From: Oceanispirochaeta sp.
GTDB taxonomy: Bacteria; Spirochaetota; Spirochaetia; DSM-2461
Length of the DNA: 64,000 nucleotides
Assembly (NCBI GenBank): GCA_963663385.2
Contig: CAXXXD010000002.1
Coordinates: 192,001-256,000, forward strand
Reading direction: 5' to 3'
The notes under the pieces: generated by a model
The model's input: only the letters and a program-made list of their open reading frames with translations
Told to the model about the DNA's origin: nothing
The model's database searches: none
Translations under genes and position numbers: made by a program
In this document: piece after piece, positions 29,701 through 38,661 of the stretch
Layout of the letters: each line of letters starts with the position of its first letter
Numbering within the stretch: the first letter of the stretch is position 1

Positions 29701-30570
29701 TTATATATCTACTCCTATAAAATGCTTGATCAGTATCCCGATCAGAAAGGATAGTCCTGCTATTCCCAGGGAAATCCCGGCCATTTCAAAAAAGCGTTTT
29801 TTGAATTCGAATCCCCTGGCAACGGATATATAGAAGTTAAAGGCGAAAATAATGGCGATAGCCATCAGAAGGGTCACTCCCAGACAAACGAAGGGATTGC
29901 TGAAAAGGGCAAAGGGCAGTACCAGAAAAACCACGGTGAATACATAAGCTATCCCCGTATAGAGAGAGGATTTCCCCGCGTCTTCACCGCCCTCATGTTT
30001 GGTGGAGAGGTATTCGCTGGCTGCCATGGAGAAGGAGGCGCTGATTCCCGTAATCAAACCGGTCAGCCCGATCAGCTTGGTATCCTGAAAGGCAATGGTG
30101 TACCCCGCCAGAGCTCCGGTCAGTTCGACCAGAGCATCATTCAGCCCCAGAACAACGGACCCCACGTATTTCAGCCGCTCTTCGTCCAGCATATCGATCA
30201 GCTCCTGCTCATGCCGCTCTTCATCTTCGACAATTTCATCCAGATACTGAAGGGCCTCGTCATCTTCGCCGTAACAGCTTATGGCTTTGCTTTCCGCCCG
30301 TTCCAGCATCTTTATCCCGAAGGTCAGGCCGAAGATCCGGACAAAAAGGTAGTTGAGGAATATGATGAATCTCTGAGGTTTAACTTCTTTATTCGTTAAG
30401 CCTTTCAGGCGGAGAAAGTGCTTCAGTTCATCCCGGGAAATGTGCTCCAGGGTTTCTCTGTTGTGTCTGTCTTTTGTGATGCCGGCTACTTTTCTGTACA
30501 GGTGGTGAGCGTTAATCTCATCCTGCTGTTCCCGGATCATCTTTTTTCTTTGTGCTGCTGTCAGTTCCAT
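29701..30570 (-). CDS. Ferritin/rubrerythrin-like domain plus VIT1/CCC1 iron/manganese exporter
   Basis: DELKH and DEERH diiron motifs; VLGLNDALVE and SMAASEYLS (VIT1). Confidence 0.9.
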   Translation of the reverse strand: MELTAAQRKKMIREQQDEINAHHLYRKVAGITKDRHNRETLEHISRDELKHFLRLKGLTNKEVKPQRFIIFLNYLFVRIFGLTFGIKMLERAESKAISCYGEDDEALQYLDEIVEDEERHEQELIDMLDEERLKYVGSVVLGLNDALVELTGALAGYTIAFQDTKLIGLTGLITGISASFSMAASEYLSTKHEGGEDAGKSSLYTGIAYVFTVVFLVLPFALFSNPFVCLGVTLLMAIAIIFAFNFYISVARGFEFKKRFFEMAGISLGIAGLSFLIGILIKHFIGVDI

Positions 30571-30648
30571 AGAGGGGGTCCTTTTACTATTGTGTAGTTC
30601 GTCGATATCAGTCGTGTTTCTCTGTGGGGAACACGGCTTTGTGTTCCT

Positions 30649-30843
30649 TTATTTCAGGATCTCCTGAACCCGGCCGACCTGGCCGTCTGTCAGTCTGACT
30701 TTGATGCCATGGGGGTGAAAGGAGGAGTTGGTCAGGAGGTCCTGGACTACACCTTCCGTCAGTTTTCCGCTTCTCTGGTCCTTTTTAAGGACGATGGCCA
30801 CTTTAAGGCCCGGTTTAATATCTGCTCTGTTCTGTCCGTTCAT
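30649..30843 (-). CDS. YwbE-family small protein
   Basis: MNGQNRADIKPG...KKDQRSGKLTEGVV..LLTNSSFHPHGIKVRL.DGQVGRV. Start at ATG 30843. Confidence 0.88.
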   Translation of the reverse strand: MNGQNRADIKPGLKVAIVLKKDQRSGKLTEGVVQDLLTNSSFHPHGIKVRLTDGQVGRVQEILK

Positions 30844-30958
30844 AGGGGTATTGTAACAAACAACGGCTTGATCTGCCCAGATGATAGAAGGGGATTCCTC
30901 CCTGTTCTGTTGATACTTCTTCCGCCTGCAGGTAATATAGTAAAAAATCTCACTATTC

Positions 30959-31045
30959 AGGCAAAGAAAAAACACAGCCCCGCAGGTAGTCCGGGCGGTC
31001 GTCTATTACGGCTCAGTAACCATCGCAAGATGTCCGTCTTTGTCT
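30959..31045 (+). ncRNA. yjdF (azaaromatic-sensing) riboswitch
   Basis: P1 GGCAAAGA/TCTTTGTC encloses AAAAAACAC, GGTAGTCCGG, TCAGTAACC and GATGTCC, blocks I recall from the yjdF motif. Directly upstream of a DUF2992-like gene. Confidence 0.85.
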
Positions 31046-31072
31046 CCAGGAAAGGAATATCCGGAGGCAAAT

Positions 31073-31456
31073 ATGGAAGAAGTCATTTCTACAATCTACT
31101 ACAATGGCCAGTTTTGGGTCGCCCTTATCGAAAAGATCGGGGATGACGGTTCTCTCAAAGTCGGGAAATATACATTCGGTCCCGAACCGACCAACACGGA
31201 TCTGATCCACTTTTATCAGAATATTTATCCCTATCTCAGCTTTTATGAAACAGGGGAACGTTTTCGTATAAAGGAGAAGCGTTCCATTGATGAACAATCC
31301 CGCTGTACGAAGAAATCGCTTGTTCTCTACAGTGCCTGCCGCGGGGCAGACAGAGAACTCCGCAGGAAAGAAAGGGGTAAGGTCCGTCATCAGGAACAGG
31401 ATGAGAAATACAGGAAAAAAGCTGCCCGGAAAAAGGAAAAGAAACGGGGCCATTAA
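31073..31456 (+). CDS. yjdF: YjdF / DUF2992 family protein
   Basis: TIYYNGQFWVALIE, YTFGPEP and a basic tail ending KKRGH. GGAGG RBS before ATG 31073. Confidence 0.85.
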   Translation: MEEVISTIYYNGQFWVALIEKIGDDGSLKVGKYTFGPEPTNTDLIHFYQNIYPYLSFYETGERFRIKEKRSIDEQSRCTKKSLVLYSACRGADRELRRKERGKVRHQEQDEKYRKKAARKKEKKRGH

Positions 31457-31497
31457 AGGCCTGCTATTTGTATGAACAGGGCAGACAAGAATAAAAA

Positions 31498-32220
31498 CTA
31501 CCCTGTATCCGTGTCCTTTATTATGGAGTGAAACAGGAAAAGAGACTCGTTGGCATCCAGAAGAAGGTCTCCCAGATAGATGGAAAAGTCATGAAAGATC
31601 TTCTCTTCTTCGACTTCGTTATTATGGATATAATCGCAGTAGCGTTTTATGACATGAGGAACCAGAGCCGTGTTTATCGTGCTCCCGTCGAACAGGAGCA
31701 ATGTCAGCTTTTCCCTGCTGTTTACATTCAGCGGCTTCAAAACGGAAACCAGGAAGGGGCCTTTGCCCTGAAGTTTTTTCTTAATTCCGCTGTGATCTGT
31801 TCCGGCAGACAGGTAACCCATGATCTGCTTTGCGTGATCATCATTATAGCCATTGATCACAAAGGGGAGTCTTTCTTCTTTGGCCAATAGGCTGTACCGG
31901 CTGCGGAAAAGGCGGGCGTCCTGTCCTACGGGGAGGGCGAAAAGGTTATACTGTTCTCTGCGGGGTGTGTTTTCCCCGGCCATGCCTTCGGCCTGGCAGA
32001 GGATTTCCCTGATAAATGCCTCTTCCAGGGGGTCGGTTGTTGACGTATCCCTTATCAGCAGATAGGTGTACAGTCCGAAGCCGGGGGATAGTCTGTTTTC
32101 CCCATTGAAAGGAGCCCACAGATCCCGTTCGGGCGGAAGGTAGGAGGTGGCGCATCCTGAAAGAACCATCAGGAGGCAGAGAATGCTATAACGAATCCGG
32201 ATCTTCCTGCTCATCTTCAT
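31498..32220 (-). CDS. Hypothetical lipoprotein
   Basis: Basic N-terminus, hydrophobic stretch, LSGC lipobox. No recognised domain. Confidence 0.6.
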   Translation of the reverse strand: MKMSRKIRIRYSILCLLMVLSGCATSYLPPERDLWAPFNGENRLSPGFGLYTYLLIRDTSTTDPLEEAFIREILCQAEGMAGENTPRREQYNLFALPVGQDARLFRSRYSLLAKEERLPFVINGYNDDHAKQIMGYLSAGTDHSGIKKKLQGKGPFLVSVLKPLNVNSREKLTLLLFDGSTINTALVPHVIKRYCDYIHNNEVEEEKIFHDFSIYLGDLLLDANESLFLFHSIIKDTDTG

Positions 32221-32425
32221 CTCCTTTGTCTTTCCTTTTCTGAAACGAAAGCCTGTTTTCCCTTTTTTTAAGAATCCTGTGTATAAGATAAGCGAATCCT
32301 GCTGAAATAAAGAAGAGAATATGGGCCACGTCTGCTGCCTTAATCCCGTAATAACCGGTACAGAGAATGAGCAGGGGAATAAAAATCAGGGCGGCGATGA
32401 TTGTAACGCGCACGGGTAATTTCAT
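32186..32425 (-). CDS. Small hypothetical 2-TM membrane protein
   Basis: Two hydrophobic helices and a charged tail; overlaps the lipoprotein start. Confidence 0.5.
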   Translation of the reverse strand: MKLPVRVTIIAALIFIPLLILCTGYYGIKAADVAHILFFISAGFAYLIHRILKKRENRLSFQKRKDKGDEDEQEDPDSL

Positions 32426-32646
32426 AACCTGTTTTCCTGTAACATGAATGCTTATTTATAGTATAGCCCTGATCTTCTCCTGGATGAAGGAGTTTTTTTT
32501 CTTCAGTTCTATTCACAGGCCCAGTATCAATCTGGGAAAGTACAGCGTCCTTTCCCTTATTAACAGTATAAAGACTAAATACAGCGAACCTCCTGTTCAG
32601 GAGGGCTTTTCCGATGATATTCTTCTGCCGGAACTTATGCTGAGGG

Positions 32647-32671
32647 AGTCCTGCCTGTAACAGGCAGGACT
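32647..32671. terminator. Hairpin downstream of the GDPD gene
   Basis: AGTCCTGCCTG-taa-CAGGCAGGACT, a perfect 11-bp stem. Confidence 0.55.
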
Positions 32672-32698
32672 GTTTGAATAAATCTGTAAAAGAATTTT

Positions 32699-33427
32699 TC
32701 AGGTGGATCTCTGCGTGATCTGACGGAAAAGATCGGGACGCTCGGTTGTTATGGAATCAATGCCCAGTTCACAGCACCTGCGGATATCCGCTTCTCCGTT
32801 GACTGTCCAGACCGCTACGGGGATATTGGCCGATCGTGCCATTTCGACCATCCGGGGCGTACAGAGCTCGTGATTGATATTCACTCCGGCAATATAAAGT
32901 TCCGATGACAGATCCAGCATGCTGCTGTAGTAGTCCATGGAAGATCCCCCGGGATCCTGGAGGTTTTTATCCTGAATGCTGAGCAGGGCATTGTACGAAG
33001 GGCTTCTTCTGTTAATGGCCCGGATCTGGGGCGGATCACAGCCGGAAAAAACGAATTCCCCATGAAAATCCCGGGGTTCCGCTTCCCTGAATATAGCTTC
33101 AAGCGCATCCGGGTCCTTCAGATCCAGGTTCATGGAGAGTTTTCTGCCGCGGCAGAAGTCCATGGCTTCCCCCAGTGTAAGAAGACCCGGTTTGATTTTC
33201 AGCAGTTCCTTCAGGCTTTTTTCAACGATCAGGTTCTGTTCCGTTTTTATTAATACAAACGGATCGTGATGCAGAACAGCTGCTCCGTCGGAAGTTACCC
33301 TGACGTCCACCTCGACAAAGTCGGGATGCACTTTAGCCGCGAGATTTAAATACTCCCGGCTGTTCGGCTCCGTACCGGCAGCTCCGCTGTGAAGAGTTAA
33401 GAAGGGAGTGCTTACAGCCATAAGCAT
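32699..33427 (-). CDS. Glycerophosphodiester phosphodiesterase family protein
   Basis: HSGA..EPNS, VEVDVRVTSDG..VLHHD, WTVN, GIDSITTE. ATG 33427 after a G-rich RBS. Confidence 0.85.
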   Translation of the reverse strand: MLMAVSTPFLTLHSGAAGTEPNSREYLNLAAKVHPDFVEVDVRVTSDGAAVLHHDPFVLIKTEQNLIVEKSLKELLKIKPGLLTLGEAMDFCRGRKLSMNLDLKDPDALEAIFREAEPRDFHGEFVFSGCDPPQIRAINRRSPSYNALLSIQDKNLQDPGGSSMDYYSSMLDLSSELYIAGVNINHELCTPRMVEMARSANIPVAVWTVNGEADIRRCCELGIDSITTERPDLFRQITQRST

Positions 33428-33440
33428 TCTCTGTTCCCCC

Positions 33441-34151
33441 TTAATAATACTCGTCACAGCGGTCGCCCATTCCCCGGGCCTGGGGTTTGAGGCCTGCCAT
33501 GGCAAGGTGTGAAACATCCGCTATATGGAGCGCTCTCGGCACAGCCCATTTATCCGATCGCTGATCGAAGTATATATCCGTCAGGGAACAGGGCCAGCAG
33601 TACAGTCCGGAGAATACCAGGGGCAGGGGAATTTCCAGAAGATGGGCGATGGTCATCAGAATGGAGCCGTTGTGACAGAATATGGCAATCCTGTCATCTG
33701 TTTTTTTATCCACCCTGTAACGGCCTCCCTCCCTGTGGTAGCCGAACTCACTCATCAGCTCATCAAAGAGTTTTCTGTATTCCAGCCAGTCCTTATAGAG
33801 GGGGCCCTTGTCAAAGGGGTGCCTGGTCTGCCAGTCATTATGACCGGGGAGGGTTTCGCCGCTGCGGATCTTCTCTCCGTAGGTGTCCCAGATGACATAG
33901 TCGAAGCCGTCCTGGTTAATCCGGATCTGCGCCGGTTCCATCAGCCAGGGTTTGATCTCCACGGGAATATCCAGAAGATCGGAAGAGTACTGCGCCGTCT
34001 GCAGGGTACGGGTCATATTGGATGAAAATATCCTGTTTACCCCGTAATTCTTTAAACGGGGCGCCAGAGCTTCTGCTTCCTGATGGCCGATCGCTGTCAG
34101 TTCATCCGGTTCGTAACTGGGATCGGCGTGTCTTATTAAATACAAATGCAT
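33441..34151 (-). CDS. Histidine phosphatase (phosphoglycerate mutase family)
   Basis: LYLIRHA, SSNMTRTLQTA, IFCHNG, D.SHL. Confidence 0.88.
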   Translation of the reverse strand: MHLYLIRHADPSYEPDELTAIGHQEAEALAPRLKNYGVNRIFSSNMTRTLQTAQYSSDLLDIPVEIKPWLMEPAQIRINQDGFDYVIWDTYGEKIRSGETLPGHNDWQTRHPFDKGPLYKDWLEYRKLFDELMSEFGYHREGGRYRVDKKTDDRIAIFCHNGSILMTIAHLLEIPLPLVFSGLYCWPCSLTDIYFDQRSDKWAVPRALHIADVSHLAMAGLKPQARGMGDRCDEYY

Positions 34152-34184
34152 AATTATCTTATTTCCTGAAAAGGGGTTGTTTAA

Positions 34185-34260
34185 GACCTCCCCCATCCCC
34201 TCCTCAGGAGGGGAGTGACCAAGTTGTCACATCTCCCCTGTGGGGAGAATGAGAGGGGTT
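34185..34260. repeat. REPIN-like element (second copy, inverted relative to 28506-28630)
   Basis: GACCTCCCCC..CCCCTCCT-c-AGGAGGGGAGTG ... ACATCTCCCC-tgt-GGGGAGA..GAGAGGGGT. Confidence 0.7.
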
Positions 34261-34271
34261 TCGAATAGGGC

Positions 34272-35621
34272 CTACTGTTCTTTCAGCCAGGCGTCAACTT
34301 CTTCCTGGGCTTCTTTCATGGCCTGTGCGGGAGTCGCTTCTCCCAGCATGGCTTTTTCTACCTGACGGCCGATAATGGTCCTAGGCTGACTGGCTCTGTA
34401 GGGATAGCGGGGAACCCAGAGAGTGCCCATTGTTTCGATTACTGTAGATACCTGAGGCAGGACGTTAATTGAATCCCACTGCAGGGCTTCTCTGGTCGTA
34501 GGCAGTGAGCGGTACTGGTCCCAGAAGTATTTCTGGTAGGTCTCGGAAGCGGTAAACTTCAGCCATTCCCAGGCGATGTCTTTCACTTCTGAATTGGCGC
34601 CTATACATACGGGGCTTCCGGCAAACATGTTCCCCATTCCATACTCTTCGTTTTTGAAAAGGTAGGATATCCCGATTCTGTCACCCCATCCAAGAGCTTC
34701 GATCTTTTTAAGGTTGCCGGGATGGTCCTGGATATTGATAGCGATGTCATTATCAGGTGTGTACATCTTTTCATCACCCTGACGGGACAGGTTTCCAGGA
34801 GGGCAGTAGGCCTGGATATCTTTCATCCACTGTACAGCTTCGATCATTTCGGGGACATCAAAGTTAACGGTCATTTCGGTCCATTTGAATCCGGTTCCCC
34901 AGATATTTCCCAGACCTTCTGAAATATTCATGGCAGAGTCGGCTGCATAACCACCACCGGTAAACCTCAGTCCATAGTTCATCTCACCGGTTTTGGGGTT
35001 TTTGCCGGTCATGGCTTTACCCTTGGTCATCAGTTCATCCAGAGTGGGATGGAGGGAGAGGTACTCTACGCCCCAGTCATCAAACAGTTTCTTGTCGTAT
35101 GAGATAAACCGGGTGTCTCCGATAAAGGGGAGGCCGTAAATCTGGAGTTCCGTGTCTTCTGATCCCAGAGCCATCCAGCCTTCCACCTGGTTATCTATAT
35201 ATATCCCCAGGTCAAAATTATCTTTTTCAATATAGGGCGCCAGGGGTTCCATCAGGTCCTGGGCGGCCAGTGTGGCAATGCCGGGCACCTGAAAAACATC
35301 CGCTTCGTTGGCCTGGGCCATTACGATGGTTTTCTGGGTGTAGCTGTCCCAGCCCATCAGGATGAATTCCACATCTACACCGGGGTGCATCTGTTCAAAG
35401 GCTTCTTCCAGGTAGTGAACTCCCACTACTTTCTGACCGGAAACGGGATTGGTCGTATCATCCTCTTTGAAATCTCCAATCAGCTGAACCCTCAGTTTCC
35501 CGGACAGTCCGGAATCGGATACCGCTGCAGGGGTGCTGTCCTGTTGACCGTTTGCGAATGCCATTCCTCCGATCAGCGCCATCAGGGACACTGCGGAAAG
35601 AACTTTTTTTCCTAATTTCAT
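34272..35621 (-). CDS. Carbohydrate ABC (CUT1) substrate-binding protein
   Basis: Signal peptide ending AFANGQQD; IYGLP, AWEWLKF; downstream of two permeases. Confidence 0.88.
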   Translation of the reverse strand: MKLGKKVLSAVSLMALIGGMAFANGQQDSTPAAVSDSGLSGKLRVQLIGDFKEDDTTNPVSGQKVVGVHYLEEAFEQMHPGVDVEFILMGWDSYTQKTIVMAQANEADVFQVPGIATLAAQDLMEPLAPYIEKDNFDLGIYIDNQVEGWMALGSEDTELQIYGLPFIGDTRFISYDKKLFDDWGVEYLSLHPTLDELMTKGKAMTGKNPKTGEMNYGLRFTGGGYAADSAMNISEGLGNIWGTGFKWTEMTVNFDVPEMIEAVQWMKDIQAYCPPGNLSRQGDEKMYTPDNDIAINIQDHPGNLKKIEALGWGDRIGISYLFKNEEYGMGNMFAGSPVCIGANSEVKDIAWEWLKFTASETYQKYFWDQYRSLPTTREALQWDSINVLPQVSTVIETMGTLWVPRYPYRASQPRTIIGRQVEKAMLGEATPAQAMKEAQEEVDAWLKEQ

Positions 35622-35638
35622 ATTTTCCTCCAAATTAT

Positions 35639-36475
35639 TTATTCACCCTTGATGCCGCTCAGGGCGACACTCTGGATGATATATTTCTGTAAAAACAAAA
35701 AGATAACGATTACGGGCAGGATGCTCATGGCGGAAAGGGCCATGGAGAGTCCTGCATAGGTTGTCCCGTCTTCCATGGAGAACTTGGACAGGTAGATGGG
35801 GATGGTCTGGAGCTTCTGGCTGGTCAGTATTACCAGGGGCCAGAGAAAATCGTTCCAGCTGCTCATAAATACCAGGATGATTAATGTGGCGATCATGGGA
35901 CCGGAGAGGGGCAGGAATACCCTGAAGAAAATGGAGAACTCCCCGGCGCCGTCTATCCAGGCTGCTTCCCTCAGGCTGTGAGGAAGAGCGTCCATATACT
36001 GCTTGGTAAGAAGAATTGCGAATCCCATCATGGGCACTGTCAGGATAAGGGGCCAGTAGCTGTTTACCATCCCCCAGCTGCGAAACATCATATACATGGG
36101 AATAAGGCGGGATTCCATGGGTATCATCATGGTTGCCAGTACAGCCATAAAGAGAAACTTGCGCCCCGGGAACCGGCCTTTGGAGAAAGCGTATCCTCCC
36201 AGAAGCGCGCAGATCAGAGTCCCCGCCACTGTTCCGGTTCCAACCAGGAAGGAGTTCCAGTAGGCCATAAAGAGGGTACCGTTCTCCACGACTATTCTAT
36301 AGTTGAACAGGGAGGGCTCCTCCGGGATCAGCCTGGGGGGGAAAGGAGGCTGGATATTCGCAAAGCGCTCCAGGCTTACGCTTACCATCCAGATGAAGGG
36401 CGAAAGCATAATGATTCCCAGTATGAGAAGACATAGAAAGGGTATGAAGTCGGATATATTCTTTTTTATATTCAT
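35639..36475 (-). CDS. Carbohydrate ABC permease (MalG-like)
   Basis: EAAWIDGAG EAA loop, WNDFLWP, LFLQKY. Confidence 0.92.
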   Translation of the reverse strand: MNIKKNISDFIPFLCLLILGIIMLSPFIWMVSVSLERFANIQPPFPPRLIPEEPSLFNYRIVVENGTLFMAYWNSFLVGTGTVAGTLICALLGGYAFSKGRFPGRKFLFMAVLATMMIPMESRLIPMYMMFRSWGMVNSYWPLILTVPMMGFAILLTKQYMDALPHSLREAAWIDGAGEFSIFFRVFLPLSGPMIATLIILVFMSSWNDFLWPLVILTSQKLQTIPIYLSKFSMEDGTTYAGLSMALSAMSILPVIVIFLFLQKYIIQSVALSGIKGE

Positions 36476-36485
36476 TATCGTATTC

Positions 36486-37358
36486 CTAGATATCCATTTT
36501 TGAGATTTTCATATTGATCCTGGTAAAAATCAGGATAATGAAAAACAGTACATAAGCCGCTGCGGAGGAGTAGCCGAATTCGGTTCCATGAAACCCCCTG
36601 TCGTAGATAAATCCCGAGAGGGTCATCAGGGCTCCGGCGGGTGTCCCTGTTCCCCGGCCCAGGATATAGGGTTCCGTAAAGACCTTCAGCGCACTGATCC
36701 AGCCCATTATCAGGAGAAAAGCGAAACAGCTTGCCATCCGGGGGATGGTTATATAAAAGAGACTCTGCAGTTTATTGGCTCCGTCAATATTAGCCGCTTC
36801 GTACAGTTCGGGTGGAATCGTCTGCAGGTTGGCCATGCTGATGATGATGACAAAACCAAGCCAGTGCCAGGCTGTCAGTAGAATGGTTCCCCAACGGGCG
36901 GGAGTCGGTTCCGCCAGCCACAACTGGGGCGGTATGCCGAAGAATCCTAAAAAAGTATTCAGCAGCCCCTCTCCCGGATGGAGAATAAAGAGAAAGATCA
37001 TTCCCGCAGCTACAACCGATGTAATGTAGGGTATAAAAAAGACTACCTTGAACAGGTTCTGGCCGTATCTCTGGTTGTTGATCATGTAGGCAACAAGGAA
37101 TCCGACGGGAATGGCAATCAGGAGTTTGAAAACGCCGATATAAAATGTTGTATATAAGGCCCGCCAAAAGCTGTAGGACGTAAAAATCCTTATATAATTC
37201 CGCAGTCCAACCCAGCTTTCTATGGTGCCGTTGGATTTGTAAAAACTCAGTCTTAAAGAGTCCAGAATTGGGTAGGTCATAAAAAGGACCAGGACCAGCA
37301 GAGTCGGCAAAAGGAATATATACCAGATGCCGTACTCTTTTAATTTGCTTTGCTGCAT
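36486..37358 (-). CDS. Carbohydrate ABC permease (MalF-like)
   Basis: VGLRNY, LYEAANIDGA, GYSSAAA. Confidence 0.92.
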   Translation of the reverse strand: MQQSKLKEYGIWYIFLLPTLLVLVLFMTYPILDSLRLSFYKSNGTIESWVGLRNYIRIFTSYSFWRALYTTFYIGVFKLLIAIPVGFLVAYMINNQRYGQNLFKVVFFIPYITSVVAAGMIFLFILHPGEGLLNTFLGFFGIPPQLWLAEPTPARWGTILLTAWHWLGFVIIISMANLQTIPPELYEAANIDGANKLQSLFYITIPRMASCFAFLLIMGWISALKVFTEPYILGRGTGTPAGALMTLSGFIYDRGFHGTEFGYSSAAAYVLFFIILIFTRINMKISKMDI

Positions 37359-37385
37359 ATCAAAAAAATCCCCTATTGAATAAAG

Positions 37386-37534
37386 TGGTATGTCAAAAAG
37401 TGTTTAATGGGTATATCATATCCGTGATAAAACAACAATACATCGGATATAATGGTTTGTCAAATTAATATTGTATTAATCTGGTATGTTTTTATTGACA
37501 ATATTATATGCCTAAATTAAGATATGGTATGCCA
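37386..37534. promoter_or_regulatory. Repeated candidate GntR operator boxes in a divergent promoter
   Basis: TGGTATGTCA 37386, GGGTATATCA 37409, TGGTTTGTCA 37453, TGGTATGTTT 37482, TGGTATGCCA 37525. TTGACA at 37495 with TAAGAT 17 nt later. Confidence 0.65.
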
Positions 37535-37551
37535 AATAAAAAGGAAGGCTG

Positions 37552-38643
37552 ATGGAACCCCAATCAAAGTATGAGCAGGTAAAAAGAACTATTCTGGATG
37601 AGATAGAAAGCGGGAACTGGAAGGAAGGAGAGAAAATCCCTCCCCAGAGAACACTGGAGGATTCTCATCAGGTCAGCCGGATAACCGTAAAAAAAGCCAT
37701 CGTTGATCTTATCAGCGAGGGGGTTCTGGAGCACCAGAAAGGAAAGAAAGGGCTTTTTGTAAAAAAGAAGCAGCAGGTCCGTACGGGAAATCGGACTATT
37801 GCCGTCTCCCTGGATGATATAACCAGTTACTATGACTCCAACCTGTTAAAGGGGATTGAAGACAGCCTGTGGAAGCAGAGCTACCATACCATTGTCTGCA
37901 ATGCCAACCGGAATATGGATAAGGTTGAAGATTATTTCAACTCTTTTGATTTTTCAAAAGTAGATGGAATTATATACCTTCCAGTTGTTACACCGGATTT
38001 TGAGGAACGGAACAGAATAATCCTTCAACTGTTCCGGAAACATAACAAACCGTTCGTTCTGATCGATCAGTATATTCCGGGTGTGTCCGCCAATCTTGTA
38101 TCAACGGATCATCGGAATTCAGCCAAGCAGCTGATCAAGGCACTTATTGACCGGGGGCACAGGGATATTCTGATTGGCAAAGGACTGGACTGTTTCTCTG
38201 TCAGTGAGCGTGTCCTGGGAGTAAAAGACGCGTTTGCTGAAGCCGGATTATCCGTTTCCGGTAGCAAAGTACTGGAAATAAATGACAACCTCCTAACTCC
38301 GAGGGCTGATCCCAATCCGGATGAAATGCACAAAATTGAAGAGATGATCAGGGGGGCGGGAGAATTTACCGCCTTTTACGCAATCAATAACAGGATTATG
38401 AAGGCTGTTGTTCAGGTTCTGATAAAGCTGGGATACGATATGAGTAAAATCCAGCTGGTTCTTCATAACGAAGTAAATAAGCCTGTTCATCCCTATACAG
38501 ATAATATCCCCCATACTGATCCCCATCTGCATGATCTCGGTTATGAAGCGGGGAGCCTTTTATTAAAGGTTATGGATTCGGATAGCTATAATTCATTTCA
38601 GCTGTTTCTGAATAGTACCATCATTCTGGATGGCCTTAAATAA
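37552..38643 (+). CDS. GntR-HTH plus LacI-type sugar-binding domain regulator (AraR-like)
   Basis: KYEQVK..GEKIP..VSRITVKKA HTH followed by a periplasmic-binding-protein-like domain. Confidence 0.9.
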   Translation: MEPQSKYEQVKRTILDEIESGNWKEGEKIPPQRTLEDSHQVSRITVKKAIVDLISEGVLEHQKGKKGLFVKKKQQVRTGNRTIAVSLDDITSYYDSNLLKGIEDSLWKQSYHTIVCNANRNMDKVEDYFNSFDFSKVDGIIYLPVVTPDFEERNRIILQLFRKHNKPFVLIDQYIPGVSANLVSTDHRNSAKQLIKALIDRGHRDILIGKGLDCFSVSERVLGVKDAFAEAGLSVSGSKVLEINDNLLTPRADPNPDEMHKIEEMIRGAGEFTAFYAINNRIMKAVVQVLIKLGYDMSKIQLVLHNEVNKPVHPYTDNIPHTDPHLHDLGYEAGSLLLKVMDSDSYNSFQLFLNSTIILDGLK

Positions 38644-38661
38644 GATAACAAAGGAAAAAAA

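Noticed and set aside
30844..31146. Track ORF extensions and the 145-aa ORF 30709-31146
   Set aside because: They overlap the ywbE promoter and the yjdF riboswitch; real starts are 30843 (-) and 31073 (+).
32448..32660. 70-aa plus-strand ORF
   Set aside because: No RBS or motifs, and it crosses hairpins; probably intergenic.
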